DNA from: Longimicrobiales bacterium
GTDB lineage: Bacteria > Gemmatimonadota > Gemmatimonadetes > Longimicrobiales > Gaopeijiaceae
Reading direction: 5' to 3'
Length of the DNA: 64,000 nt
NCBI GenBank assembly: GCA_965197725.1
Contig: CBDANQ010000060.1
Coordinates: 32,001 to 96,000, forward strand
A model generated the notes under the pieces. The model saw only the letters and a list, made by a program, of their open reading frames with translations, was not told the DNA's origin and ran no database searches. Numbering within the stretch: position 1 is the first letter of the stretch; each line of letters starts with the position of its first letter. Both the position numbers and the translations under genes were made by a program. Shown piece after piece: positions 21,369-33,210 of the stretch.

Positions 21369-21979
21369 GCGAGACCCCATCGCGCCCCGGTCCTGTGCGG
21401 CGCCTCTACGACTGGGTGCTGCACTGGGCGGACACGCCGTACGGGGCACCCGCGCTTTTCCTGCTCGCGCTCGCGGAGTCCTCGTTTTTCCCGATTCCGC
21501 CCGACCCCTTGCTGATCGCGCTTTGCCTTGGTGCGGCGACTCGCTCTCTGCGGTTCGCCGCGATCGCAACAGCCGCATCGGTCATCGGCGGTATCATTGG
21601 CTACGGCATCGGGGCAGGGGCGTGGCACGTGGCCGAGCCCTGGTTCTTTGAGTACGTGCCGGGCGTCAGCCAAGAGGCGTTCGACGGGGTTCAGGGTCTC
21701 TACGACCGTTGGGACTTCTGGGCGATCTTCTTCGCCGGGCTCACACCAATCCCCTACAAGGTCTTCACGCTCTCGGCCGGCGTCTTCGCGATCAACTTCG
21801 GAGTCTTCCTCTTCGCGTCGGTGTTGAGCCGAGGGCTGCGGTTCTTCGTGCTCGCCGCACTGATCTTCAAGTTCGGCAAGCCGATCGAGGCATTCATCGA
21901 CCGCTATTTCAACGCGCTCCTCACGGTCTTCGGCATTCTGCTCCTCGGGGGTTTTCTCCTGATCGAGTTCGTACTCTAG
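21365..21979 (+). CDS. YqaA/DedA-family membrane protein
   Basis: AESSFFPIPPD, LTPIPYKVFT, SRGLRFF. Confidence 0.9.
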   Translation: MSETPSRPGPVRRLYDWVLHWADTPYGAPALFLLALAESSFFPIPPDPLLIALCLGAATRSLRFAAIATAASVIGGIIGYGIGAGAWHVAEPWFFEYVPGVSQEAFDGVQGLYDRWDFWAIFFAGLTPIPYKVFTLSAGVFAINFGVFLFASVLSRGLRFFVLAALIFKFGKPIEAFIDRYFNALLTVFGILLLGGFLLIEFVL

Positions 21980-22083
21980 CGCGGTGCCGATCACGCCATT
22001 TGTTGATGGGTGTCGCTCCGGCCTATATTCGGGACGGACGGGTGGGTATTCCCGTCGCCCTCTTTCGGATGGAGTCGCGAAGC

Positions 22084-22668
22084 ATGAGCGACGATAGCAG
22101 CGGGAGTCGGCTTCCACCTCCGGCGTTCCCGCCGGGCGCGCGCAAGCGCCTGGGCAGCAACAATTCGGGGCGTGCCTCCCCCGTGGATCTGGGCGGCGCT
22201 CTCATCTCGCCTGATGAACCGATTCCCGAGCGAGATCACTCGGTCGAGGACGCGTTCATCTCCCCTGACGACCCCATGCCCGATCGGAAGGATGCGATGG
22301 TCGAAGCGTCCATCCCGTCGGACGACTCGAGCGGAGCGTTCATTCCGCCGCATGATCCGTTTCCTCCCGGCGACGTCGTCACCGCGGACTCGGGCGGACT
22401 GCCGCAATTCGAGACCGAGGGTGGTGTAGTCACCGGCATGGGCATGGACGACCACATGGACGCTGAGGATCTCGCGTCCGGCGGCGATCCGTACGTGATC
22501 GACCTGGTGCAGAAGGTCGGCAAGCTGGCCGAAGCACTCAGGGCGAAGGGTGAGGCTGGCCTCCGCTTCTCGCCCGACATGGACCAGTTCGAGTCGACGC
22601 TGCGCGGATACTGCGTCGGCTACCTCGCTGGCCGGCGCGCCGAGGACGACCCGAGTTCGGACTACTAA
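22084..22668 (+). CDS. Hypothetical acidic Pro/Asp-rich protein
   Basis: GGAG RBS; repeated (A)xISPDxPxP units; helical C-terminus. Confidence 0.6.
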   Translation: MSDDSSGSRLPPPAFPPGARKRLGSNNSGRASPVDLGGALISPDEPIPERDHSVEDAFISPDDPMPDRKDAMVEASIPSDDSSGAFIPPHDPFPPGDVVTADSGGLPQFETEGGVVTGMGMDDHMDAEDLASGGDPYVIDLVQKVGKLAEALRAKGEAGLRFSPDMDQFESTLRGYCVGYLAGRRAEDDPSSDY

Positions 22669-22769
22669 CCGGCACTGGCTCCGACGCAGGTGGGCGGCGT
22701 TCCGCGGTGGACGCCGCCCCTTCTGATGTCCCTAGGCGAGTGCTAGTGTTCTGCGCTTTCACATGTCGG

Positions 22770-22810
<41 letters not shown>

Positions 22811-23097
22811 CCCGTCAGGCTTGGGGGGCTTTCGCATATCTGGCGTACTTCTGCGGATTTCTTCACTAGCCTTGCGAACCGCTCAAGCAGGTTTCACCGT
22901 GTTTCCGCCTCCCAACATGCACACCAACATGCACACACCTCACTCGGTTCTGATCTGAGCCACCATCGCCCGAGAGCAGGGGAGGCTGAAAAGCCTCATC
23001 GGCGGTGAGGGCAGCATCTCCACCTTCACCCTTTCCTTCTCACCTCTCAAGTCGCCCGTCAGCCCCCCCAAGGGGGGGCTTGGGTCCCATTTTATAC

Positions 23098-24582
23098 TTA
23101 TTCGCGAGCGCCGTCCCGCCAGCGTCGCACCTGTTCAGCGGCGATGTCCCGGCTGCCGAGCCCGAAAGCCAGTGCGACCGAGACTGCGACGGCGCCGATC
23201 GAGAGACCGAACGCGAGCTCGATGATCCGCTCGCCAAGCCCCATCTGCCTGAGCGCCATTGCGCCGGCAAGCACCAGGATCGAGACCCGCGACGCGATCG
23301 CGAGCGTCTCGGCCTGTCCGACGCCGCTGTCCCGTACAGTCGTGGCCGCCAGGCCGGCGAGCCAAAGGCCGATCCCGAAGATCAGGAGGCCAAGCAGCAC
23401 CTGGGCGCCGAACTCGATTAAACCCCTCAGAACCTCGCTCAAAGACGTGAAGCCGATCATGCTGGCCGCTTCGACGGTGGCGAAGACCATGATGGCCACC
23501 AGCGTCAGCGAGCCGGCGATCTCCGACAGCGAACGTCCGCCCGGCCGGTCCGCGCCCTTGAAACCGAGCTTTGCCAAGACGCCGTCGAATCCAGCACTGG
23601 CCAGCACATTCGTGATGAGCCCGCTCACGAACTTGCCTGCTACGTAAGCGATGAGGAGCAACAGAGCCGCCGCAAACAGGCCTGGAACCGTGTTCAAGAT
23701 GCTTGCCAGCATGGCGCTCGCCGGGTTCGTGATCGCGTCGAGCTGAAGCGCGTTGAGAGACGAGATCACGACCGGGACCAGAATCAGGACGTAGAGCACC
23801 AGTCCGACGAGGTTCGAGACCTTCGAGTTCCCCATGCCCTCGATACCGAGTCGCTCGGGCAGCGAGTCCGCCCCTGCGGCCGCGAGCAGGTTCGTGACGA
23901 TGCGCTGAACCAGACGGGCGACGAGCCAACCGACGGCGAAGATCAGGCCAGCGGCCAGGAGATTGGGCAGGAAAGACAGAACTCGATCTGTGAGCCCCTG
24001 TACGGGCGCGAGGAGCCCCTCGATGGCCAGCGCGCCCAGAACCGCCGGAAGGAAGAGGAGAAAAACCAGCCAATACACGGCGTCCGCGAGAGTACGGCTG
24101 AGGGATAGGCTGCCGCCTTCCTCGAGCGTTCTCTCGCCCAACCTCTCGTCGAGGTTCGCGGCCGACATGGCTCCGGACACGATGCGACGGAGTGCGGTGG
24201 CGACCACCCATGCCAGGATCAGGAGACCTGCCGCGCCGAGGACCCGCGGCGCGAACTCGGAGAGCTGCGTCAGCAGCGCGTTCAGCGGCTCGGTGATGAG
24301 GTCCAGGTTCAGCGCCTGAAAGAACGCGACCAGGACGAAGAGCATGACGAGATAGAAGACTGCCTTCCCGAACATGTTCTCGATCGGGAGTGCGTCTCCA
24401 CGTTCTCCCCCGATCCAGGTCGCCAGGCGGTTGTCCAGCTCGGTACGATTCAGGACCCTGCGCACGACCGCAGCCAAAATGCGGGCGGCCAGCCAGCCGC
24501 CGACGAGAATGGCCGTCGCGGCTGCCAGGTTCGGCACATAGGTCCAAGCGATTTCGAGCATCTGATTGAGACTGTCTCGCAT
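23098..24582 (-). CDS. Conserved-TM-helix repeat membrane protein (mechanosensitive channel/CmpX-like)
   Basis: Five repeats of PxLxAAxLIL..GWLVA; C-terminal ALAFGLGSRD; GGAG RBS. Confidence 0.8.
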   Translation of the reverse strand: MRDSLNQMLEIAWTYVPNLAAATAILVGGWLAARILAAVVRRVLNRTELDNRLATWIGGERGDALPIENMFGKAVFYLVMLFVLVAFFQALNLDLITEPLNALLTQLSEFAPRVLGAAGLLILAWVVATALRRIVSGAMSAANLDERLGERTLEEGGSLSLSRTLADAVYWLVFLLFLPAVLGALAIEGLLAPVQGLTDRVLSFLPNLLAAGLIFAVGWLVARLVQRIVTNLLAAAGADSLPERLGIEGMGNSKVSNLVGLVLYVLILVPVVISSLNALQLDAITNPASAMLASILNTVPGLFAAALLLLIAYVAGKFVSGLITNVLASAGFDGVLAKLGFKGADRPGGRSLSEIAGSLTLVAIMVFATVEAASMIGFTSLSEVLRGLIEFGAQVLLGLLIFGIGLWLAGLAATTVRDSGVGQAETLAIASRVSILVLAGAMALRQMGLGERIIELAFGLSIGAVAVSVALAFGLGSRDIAAEQVRRWRDGARE

Positions 24583-24844
24583 CGGTCCGGCTCCTTTCTA
24601 GCTAATGGCCCGATTGACGGGTCTCCCGACGCGTCAGACAGGAGCCCGGCCCAAAAGTCACATGGCGAGGGCTCCCGACCACCGGAGCATCCCGTACTGG
24701 GCCGATGTGACTTCAGTCCTCGAGCCCAGTCTATCGTGTGAGTCACCCCCGCGCGAACCGTTGCGCTCACACCGACAGGAGACCTCGAGACGGGAAGCCA
24801 TTCAGTCGCCTTTGACCCTAGAAACAGGCCTTGGGGGTATCCAT

Positions 24845-27730
24845 TGGAGTTGGCCCCGCACGGTGGACGGTTTTGGACTAGAGATTCACGCGGCGGGGGC
24901 GTGTTCCTTTTCGTAGTTAAGAGGAGACAATTGGCCGAGGGCAGAGTGCCGTCGGTGGGGATTGTACCAGGCTTCGATGAAGTCGAACACGGCCATCCTG
25001 GCCTCGGCCTGATTGCGGAAGCTCTTTCGTTCGATGAGTTCGGTCTCGAGCGTGGCGAAGAAGCTCTCGCACATCGCGTTATCGTACGCGTCGCCGACCG
25101 AGCCCATCGAGGGTCGGACGCTGGCCTCTTTGCAGCGTAGGCCGAAGGCGATCGAGGTGTACTGGGTGAATTCAAGCGGTCGTCGCAACACCTCGAGGAG
25201 GAGTTGCGATGGAGGCAAGCAAGCGCCGACGAGCGGATCGAGCTCTACGTCCACAGATGCGTTCACCAGGCCGTCCGCCGGTGGGACGCCGCGAGCATCG
25301 GCAGAGGTTCTGGGAAGAGGTCGCTCGAGGTCTGTCGAGCGAGGAGGCCGCCGTGGCAGCGGGTGTGTCCCCCGCTGTCGGGGTGCGCTGGTTTCGCGAA
25401 TGTGGTGGCATGGCACCCCTCAATCTTCGTCCCCAGTCACGGCGCTATCTTTCGTTCGTTGAGCGAGAAGAGATCGCCGTTCTTCGAGCCCGTGGTCGTG
25501 GCGTGCGCGAGATCGCCCGGCAGTTGGGCCGCTCACCCTCGACGATCTCGCGAGAACTGGGGCGAAACGCAGCTACACGGGGAGGCAATCTCGAGTATCG
25601 GGCCACGACCGCTCAATGGCACGCCGATCGGCGAGCGAAACGTCCCAAGCTTGCGAAGCTCGCTACGAACGGTGAACTGAGGCAGTATGTACAGGATCGC
25701 CTCGGAGGCCTGATCGCGGCTTCAGATGGTACGGCCGTGGCGGGCCCCGATGAGCGCTGGATCGGACGGCGTCGCGGTCGCCGACAAGACCGGCGGTGGG
25801 CGGTCTCGTGGAGTCCCGAGCAGATCGCCAACAGGCTACGGGTCGACTTCCCCGACGATGAGTCCATGCGTATATCGCACGAAGCCATCTACCAGGCGCT
25901 CTACGTTCAGGGCCGTGGTGCGCTGCGACGGGAGCTGACAGCGTGCCTTCGGACGGGACGCGCGCTACGGGTGCCTCGAGCTCGCACCCGCGGACGGGGC
26001 AAGACGTTCGTTCACCCCGAGATCATGCTCAGTGAGCGACCGGCCGAGGCAGACGACCGCGCCGTTCCCGGGCACTGGGAAGGCGACCTGATCCTGGGAC
26101 TGGGCAGTTCGGCGATCGGAACGCTGGTCGAGCGGGCCTCCCGGTTTACGATGCTGCTCCACCTCCCCCGCCTTGACAAACACGGCGAGCCCAGGACCAA
26201 GAACGGTCCAGCGTTGGCTGGACACGGTGCCGAAGCCGTCCGGGACGCGATTGCTTCGTCGATCACGACCCTGCCCGAGCAACTCCGCCGGTCTCTGACA
26301 TGGGACCAGGGAACAGAGATGGCTCAGCACGAACGGCTTCGCATCGATACTGGCCTGGCCGTCTACTTCTGCGACCCGCAGAGCCCGTGGCAGCGCGGCA
26401 CGAACGAAAACACGAACGGCCTGTTGAGACAGTACTTCCCGAAGGGCACCGACCTCAGCAGACATACCGCTGACGATCTCGCCGCCGTCGCAGCCGCTCT
26501 CAACAGCCGCCCCCGCAAGACCCTCGGTTGGAGAACTCCGGCGGAAACCTTGGAAAATCTGTTGTCATCAAAGGACCAGACCTCAACCTTGCGTTGAAAT
26601 GCTCTACCGCTCCCGTATCTCCAGCCTTCAACGACCTTCGGTCGCTTCTGACTCCCTCGGGTTGGGAGACATCAAGAACTGACTTCTTTCTGTCTGGACC
26701 CCATCGCCCTCGCCAGCCTAGTGTCCAGCAACATCGGGGCGCATGAAAACCCTTCAACACGGTACTGTTGCGACGACCGCTTGAACCTAGGCTGGGTACC
26801 CTGATCGCTATGATGGATGACACCGTTCGGTCGTCGTTGCTGCAGCGCCATGTTCAGCGCGTCGAGCACGAGATCGGTCTTGAGATGCGTCTTCATCGAC
26901 CATCCGACCACATGGCGGCTCCACGCATCGACGACGACTGACAGGTACAAGAAGCCGCTCCCGGGTCGGCACGTAGGTGATGTCGGCAACCCAGAGCTGG
27001 TCCGGGCCGTGCACACTGAAGTCGCGCGCGACGAGATCGGGGGCAGGTCGAGCATCTCTGTTTCGCTTCGTCGTGCGCCACTTCCTTCGCCGCGTAGCGC
27101 CTTGTAGTCCTGCCAGCCTCATCAGACGACGCACCCGCTTGTGGTTGACCTGCCAGCCGTCGTCCCTGAGCTCGGCGTACATCCGTGGCTGGCCATACGT
27201 CTCACGGCTGAACGTGTGGATCTCACGCATCCGACCTAGCAGTCGCTCGTTCTCGACCGCGCGATGCGATGGAGGACGCTTTCTCCATGCGTAGTACCCG
27301 CTGGGCGAGACGCTCAGGACTTCGCACATCATCTGCACGCTGAACTCGGCCTGGTTGGCCCTCACGAACTCGAACGCTTCGGGGGCACCGAGTCGGACTC
27401 CTGAGCGAACCAGGCCGCGGCTTTTTTTAGGATCTCCCGCTCGACACGAAGCCGCTTGTTCTCACGCCGAAGCTCGCGGAGCTCCTCGCGCTCTGACGAC
27501 GTCAGGCCGTCGCTTCTGACTCCCGTGTCGAGGTCCGTCTGCTTCACCCAATTGTGGATCGTCTGCGCTGTGGGCTCAAACTCCCGACTCAGCTCCTCAG
27601 GCGTGCGACCTGCTTTGACCAGCTCCACCATCTGCTGGCGGAACTCCAACGAATACGGCGGTCTCGTTCTTGGCATCGTGGACTCCTCTCTCTAAAGAGA
27701 ATAGGTGTCCACCGTCAGGGGCTAACTCCA
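24845..27730 (-). mobile_element. IS3-family element, interrupted by IS30
   Basis: Ends TGGAGTTGGCCCC..CGGTGGAC / GTCCACCG..GGGGCTAACTCCA, 3-bp TSD CAT; orfA 27362-27676; A-run/AAG slip site at ~27421; orfB with WVADITY, HHSDQG, DNAMCESFF; extra frameshift at ~26961. Confidence 0.92.
25165..26791 (+). mobile_element. IS30-family element; transposase 25209-26597
   Basis: 20-bp IR TTCAAGCGGTCGTCGCAACA (25171 / 26785), apparent TSD CTG; GHWEGDLI, SLTWDQGTEM, WQRGTNENTNGLLRQY. Confidence 0.92.
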
Positions 27731-27884
27731 CATTTAGGCTACTGACGCTCCTTCTCACCGCCCAAGTCGCCCATCGCCATCACCCTCGCCTCCCACACCT
27801 CGAACCCACCGTCGCCCCCCCAGAGGCCCGGCGACCACCCTTTAGTATCTTTCATCGGTGAGACCACTCACCACAGGAGTCCCG

Positions 27885-29039
27885 ATGAGCAACATGCAGA
27901 GGTCCTGTCTTCCGATCCGTCATCTCGTCCATCTCGTCGCACTGGTTGCCGTCGGCGCTCTGTCGACGGAGGTCGAGCTACTGGCAGCCCAGGCAGCCCA
28001 AATGCCTGATGCCAGCGAAATCGACGCCATCTTCGCCGAGTACGATGAGCCTGGATCGGTCGGATGCGCCTTGGGCGTCTCCCTGGACGGTGAGCTCGTC
28101 TACAAGAACGGGTACGGTTTCGCGAACCTGGATTGGGACATCCCCATCACGTCCACCACGGTCTTCTACACGGGCTCGATCTCGAAGCAGTTCACCGCCG
28201 CGGCCATCGCTCTCTTGTCCGATGAAGGAAAACTCGATCTCGACGATGACATTCGGCAGTACCTGCCGGAGAGGCCGGTCCGCGACCCGGCCATTACCGT
28301 ACGCCAACTGGTGCATCACATGAGTGGCATACCGAACATATGGCGTGTAATGCGGCAGAACGGGCACCCGACCTGGGACCGGTTCACTCGGGAGCAAGCC
28401 CTCGAGCTGCTCGCTCAGGCTGAACTCGATTTTCCACCTGGAGACCGGTACTCGTACTCGAACGGAGGATACTTCTCACTGGCGATAATCGTTGAACGGG
28501 CGAGCGGAAAATCATTACGGGAGTATGCCGCCGAGCAAATTTTCGGACCCTTGGGCATGATGGATACTCACTTTCAGGACGATCCGGTGCACATCGTGCA
28601 AAGCCGCGCCATGAGTTACCAGACCAGGCAGGACGGAGGTCAGGGCGTCGAGGGAAAATACTTCCAGAGCTACGAGGGAAATTTCGCGCTACCCGGACCC
28701 GGCGGCCTCTACACGACCGTCGAGGACATGCGCGAGTGGGAATGCAATTTCTTGAACAATCAACTGGGTGGACCCGACTTCATGGAAGTGATGCACACCA
28801 ACGGGATCCTCAACAGTGGCGAGGTCTTGAATTACGCTTTCGGCCTCCAGGTGGGTGAACGCGGCGGACTCAGGACCGTCGGCCACGGCGGTTCGTACAT
28901 GGGCTTCCGGGCCGACTACGTCCGTTTCCCAGAACAACGGTTCGCGGCGTGGGTGTTTTGCAACATGGGTAGCATCAACCCGGGTCCTCTCGGGCTCGCG
29001 GTGGCGGATCTGTTTCTGGCGGAGCAGATGGCGCGGTAG
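27885..29039 (+). CDS. Serine hydrolase, beta-lactamase class C-like family
   Basis: SxxK (GSISKQF), YSYSN, HGGS; signal peptide; AGGAG RBS. Confidence 0.88.
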   Translation: MSNMQRSCLPIRHLVHLVALVAVGALSTEVELLAAQAAQMPDASEIDAIFAEYDEPGSVGCALGVSLDGELVYKNGYGFANLDWDIPITSTTVFYTGSISKQFTAAAIALLSDEGKLDLDDDIRQYLPERPVRDPAITVRQLVHHMSGIPNIWRVMRQNGHPTWDRFTREQALELLAQAELDFPPGDRYSYSNGGYFSLAIIVERASGKSLREYAAEQIFGPLGMMDTHFQDDPVHIVQSRAMSYQTRQDGGQGVEGKYFQSYEGNFALPGPGGLYTTVEDMREWECNFLNNQLGGPDFMEVMHTNGILNSGEVLNYAFGLQVGERGGLRTVGHGGSYMGFRADYVRFPEQRFAAWVFCNMGSINPGPLGLAVADLFLAEQMAR

Positions 29040-29075
29040 GGGGCCGATCCCCTGACCCGTGAGAACGGCGCGGCC

Positions 29076-29300
29076 GTGAATAGGATCTATCGAGTCACTT
29101 CCATCGGCCGACCGGTCGAGCCGAAGTACGCGACCAACAAGGCAATCCTGCTCCTGATGCCGGTCGCGGCGCTGATCGTGGGCGTCGTCAATTTGATCCA
29201 GGAAGCAGGTGGGGGGCCTGATGCGACCGGCCCCGTGGTAGCGTTTCTCGTGGTGTTCGGTTGTTGGGCGCTGGGCCGGGAATTGGCGCCCAGCACGGGA
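29076..29300 (+). pseudogene. Truncated membrane protein
   Basis: Hydrophobic N-terminus ending WALGRELAP, then runs into the 29-bp repeat. Confidence 0.45.
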
Positions 29301-29594
29301 CTGACGGCCCGTCCCAGCCCTCCCTATGCCCCCCAGAGGCCCGGCGACCACCCTTTATGGATGTTATACCCCCACGCGGCAATTTTTTGGGTTGGATTTT
29401 ACACTCAGTGAGTATAAAACAGCGGTGCTCATCCCATACTGAATAGCCGGCCCATCCGTCCACGCCTGAACGCCTCGCCGTGTGCCCACGTCCTAAGGTT
29501 TGGCGCTGACCCGACTATCCGACGCAATCCTGTTCGCTGTGAACACTGCCCGATGCGTGGATGCTGAAGCGGGTCCCGGAGTGTTCATTAAAAG

Positions 29595-32500
29595 TGTTAG
29601 CGGCCTTCCAATATTGCACACATGTGGCCATCGAAAATTGCACACTTGGCGCTTTGACCTAGCGGGCGGGAGAGTGGGGATGTAGGCACCACCCCGAGCG
29701 ATCTTCCGGCCGATCCACTCACTTGGCGCCTCCACCGAGAACGTGGAGGTGCAATGATCGGAAGGGAGAAGCGCGTGCTGCTCCGTCATTACCTCGAGCA
29801 GGGGATGAACAAGGCGGTGATCGCCCGGGATCTGGGGGTCAGTCGCCGTACCGTGTACCACTGGATAGAGACCGGTCAACTGGACCGGGAGTTGGACGAA
29901 GAGCGTGTCGGGTACGGTCCGAGATGTCTGATGCCGTCGAAGCTGGATCCGTACAAGCCGTTGATCGACACGCGTCTCAAGGAGTACCCGAAGCTCACGG
30001 CTGTACGGCTCTTCAAGGAGGTCCGGGCCGCTGGCTACCCGGGCAGTTACAACCAAGTGAAGCGCTATGTACGCAAGGTCCGGCCTCGACCCCCAGAGGA
30101 GCCGGTCGTGCGCTTCGAGACGGCGCCTGGGCGTCAGGGCCAGGTGGACTTCGCCCACTTCCGGCTACCGTGGGGCAAGCGTTACGCACTAATCGTCGTG
30201 CTGGGCTACTCGAGGCTGCTGTGGGTTCAGTTCTACACCCGGCAGACCATGAAGGCCCTGATGCATGGCCTGGAGTCTTCGTTTTCCTACTTCGGCGGCG
30301 TGCCCTCAGAGCTTCTGTTCGACCAAATGAAGGCGGTCGTCATCGAGGACGGTCGATACGACGATGGTGCCCTCGTCGAGAACCCGGAGTTCATGCGCTA
30401 CGCCTACCACTGGAACTTCAGGATCCGAGCGTGCCGACCCTATCGGGCTCAGACCAAGGGCAAGGTGGAGCGGCCGATCCGCTACCTCAGGGAGAGCTTC
30501 TTCTACGGGCGCACCTTCACGTCGGACGACGATCTCAACGCGCAGGCCCTTCATTGGCTTGAGACGGAAGCCAATGTGCGCAGCCACGGAACGCTGAAGG
30601 AGCGGCCCCTCGATCGCTTCGAGCGTGAACGACTGCTCCTCGAGCCCTTGGCGACTCGCCCGTATCACCCCCTCGTCCTGCCTCCGGATCGCTCCTCACC
30701 CGGCACGACGTCCTTGCCGGCCATCCACGTCGAGCGACGTCCCCTCACGGCCTATGCCCAGATCGCGGGAGGGGACCGATGAAGGCTGCCGCTCGCTCTC
30801 GCCGTGACCGGATCCGAGCCCAGCTCGCCGATCTCAAGATGCCCGGTGCGCTGGAGGCCATCGACGACGTCCTCACTGGGGTCGATGGCGGAGGCGTGAC
30901 GGCCTCGGAGGCCATCGAGCAACTCCTCGGTGCCCAGATCACGCTGCGCAACAACCGCCGCCTTCAGGCTGCGATGCGCTCGAGCCGGCTACCGGGCATC
31001 AAGACCCTCGACGACTTCGACTTCAGCTTCCAGCCCTCGATCAAGCGCGAGCAGATCGACTCGCTTCACGAGCTCGGCTTCTTGGAGCGTAAGGAGAACG
31101 TGATCTTCCTCGGCCCTCCGGGCGTCGGCAAGACGCATCTCGCGATCAGCCTCGCCATTGCCGCGGCTCAGAGGAAGCTGTCCCAACCGTAGTTGAAGGT
31201 TCCTGATAGGGGAGAAAGAAAAGTGGTGGCTCCGGGGGTCCCGGGCCGATAGGCTCGGGTAGGCAAAAACCCCAACACGGAGCCACCACGATGAAGAGAA
31301 CGTACGAGGTAAGGGATCGGGCGGACAAGCGAGCGATCAGGGAGTTCCTGAAGCGGGAGGGGCAGTTTCTGCTTCCGATGCTTGAGCTCGTGGAGCAGAC
31401 GGAGGTCGCGATCGACGAAGTCATCCAGGTGATGGGACGAGCGACGATCGAAGCGGTGCTGGAGATGAGCGCCGAGGGTGTGGCAGGCGTGAAGCAGGCA
31501 GGTCGGTCACGAGCGGAAGACGACACGGTGTGGTATGGCCGGCAGGGTGGTGTGGTTTACCTGTCGGACCGGAAGGTGCGTGTGGAGCGGCCACGGCTCA
31601 GGCGCCGGGGCGCCGGGGAGGGTGGCGAGGTCGAGGTGCCGGCGTACGCAGCGATGCGGAGACCGGGCGCCGTGGCGGATCGGATGCTCGAGGTCCTGAT
31701 GGCGGGGGTGAGCACGCGAAAGTACGGCCGTGTGATCGGTGAGATGGCCGACCCGGTCGGGGTGAGCAAGTCGGCGGTGAGCCGTGAGACGGTCGAGGCC
31801 TCGGAGCGCGTGCTGAAGGAGCTGATGGAGCGCCGGCTGGATGCGTGGGACCTCCTGGTGATCTACCTGGACGGGATCCAGATGGGCTCGCACCACGTGC
31901 TTGCTGCGGTAGGCGTGGACTCAGACGGAAAGAAGCACGTGCTGGGCGTGAGGGAAGGAGCGAGTGAGAACGCCGAGGTGACCAGCGCGCTCCTAGAGGA
32001 TCTGGTCGAGCGCGGCCTGGACCCGGGCAGGCGGCGGCTGTTCGTGATCGATGGCTCGAAAGCGCTCAGGAAGGCGATCGAGAAGGTGTTCGGCCAACGT
32101 CACCCCATCCAGCGCTGCCGCAACCACAAGCTCCGCAACGTGCTGGGTCATCTGCCGAAGGATCAGCATCCTCAGGTGAAGGCGGCGTTCCGGGCGGCGA
32201 TGAAGCTGGACGCGAAGCAGGGCGAGCAGAAGCTCGAGCAGCTCGCCCGATGGCTCGAGCGCGACCACCCCTCGGCCGCAGCCAGCCTGCGCGAAGGCCT
32301 CAGCGAGATGTTCACCATAAACCGGCTCGGCCTCCCACCGCGGCTGAGGAAGTGCCTGGGCTCGACCAACCTGATCGACAGCACCCACTCGGGCGTAAGA
32401 CGGAAGACCCGCAGGGTGACTAACTGGAAGAACGGAGCGATGGCCTTGCGCTGGGCTGCGGCCTCGTTCGTGGAAACCGAGAAGAGCTACCGGAGGATCA

Positions 32501-33157
32501 TCGGCTACGACCAGCTCTGGATGCTCAGGGCCCACCTCGACGACCATGAACCGGTTGCCGAAATGAGAAAGACAGGCTAACCAAGAGACTCTCCGGCGCC
32601 ACCACCTTCAACTGTCAGCGGGACACCATCGCTCAGAGCGGGCGCAGAGTCTACTACGGCGCTCTGGCCGACCTCATCACCTCGCTCGAAGAAGCCAAGA
32701 CCACCGGCCAGCTGGGACGCCGCCTCAAGATCCTCACCTATCCTTCGCTCCTGGTCATCGACGAGATCGGCTACCTGCCGGTCAGCCAGACCGGCGCAAT
32801 GCTCTTCTTCCAACTCATCAACCGGCGCTATGAGCGCGCATCCACTGTGCTGACCTCCAATAAAGGCTTCGAGGAGTGGGGCCAGATCTTGGGCGACGAG
32901 GTCATGGCCGCTGCGCTCATCGATCGCCTGCTGCATCACTGCCATATCGTCAACATCCGCGGCAGCAGCTACCGGATGCGCAAGCACACCGACCTCTCCA
33001 AGATCCTCCACTCGCCTCCTGCGGAGTCGAGCCCTTCACCCCCGAAGAGAAAGAGAGCAAGAGCAAAGGAGAAAACGACGAACTAGAGGCTCGTCACCTC
33101 CGCCAAGTGTGCAATTTTCGATGGCCAGACCTGTGCAGCTTTCGATGGCCGTTGACA
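29595..33157 (+). mobile_element. IS21-family element (istA 29754-30782 intact; istB split by IS256)
   Basis: TGTTAGCGGCC...GGCCGTTGACA ends with internal TGCAATTTTCGATGGCC repeats, 4-bp TSD AAAG; RFETAPG.Q.QVDF, TKGKVER; istB GPPGVGKT. Confidence 0.95.
31174..32630 (+). mobile_element. IS256-family element; transposase 31291-32580
   Basis: 8-bp TSD GCTCAGAG (31166 / 32631) inside istB; imperfect IRs; LDG, IDG, QRCRNHK motifs. Confidence 0.93.
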
Positions 33158-33210
33158 AAAGACGTTAGACAGCAGGTGAGGTCCATGTCAGACGCTCAAC
33201 CGAGTTTCAC

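Noticed and set aside
27885..29039. Antibiotic-resistance beta-lactamase
   Set aside because: The SxxK family is broad (esterases, peptidases); nothing here indicates beta-lactam specificity.
29411..29540. Possible intI remnant upstream of the putative attI
   Set aside because: No frame gives convincing integron-integrase motifs.
29595..29660. Short repeats at IS21 ends as a novel array
   Set aside because: Multiple internal transposase-binding repeats are a known IS21 feature.
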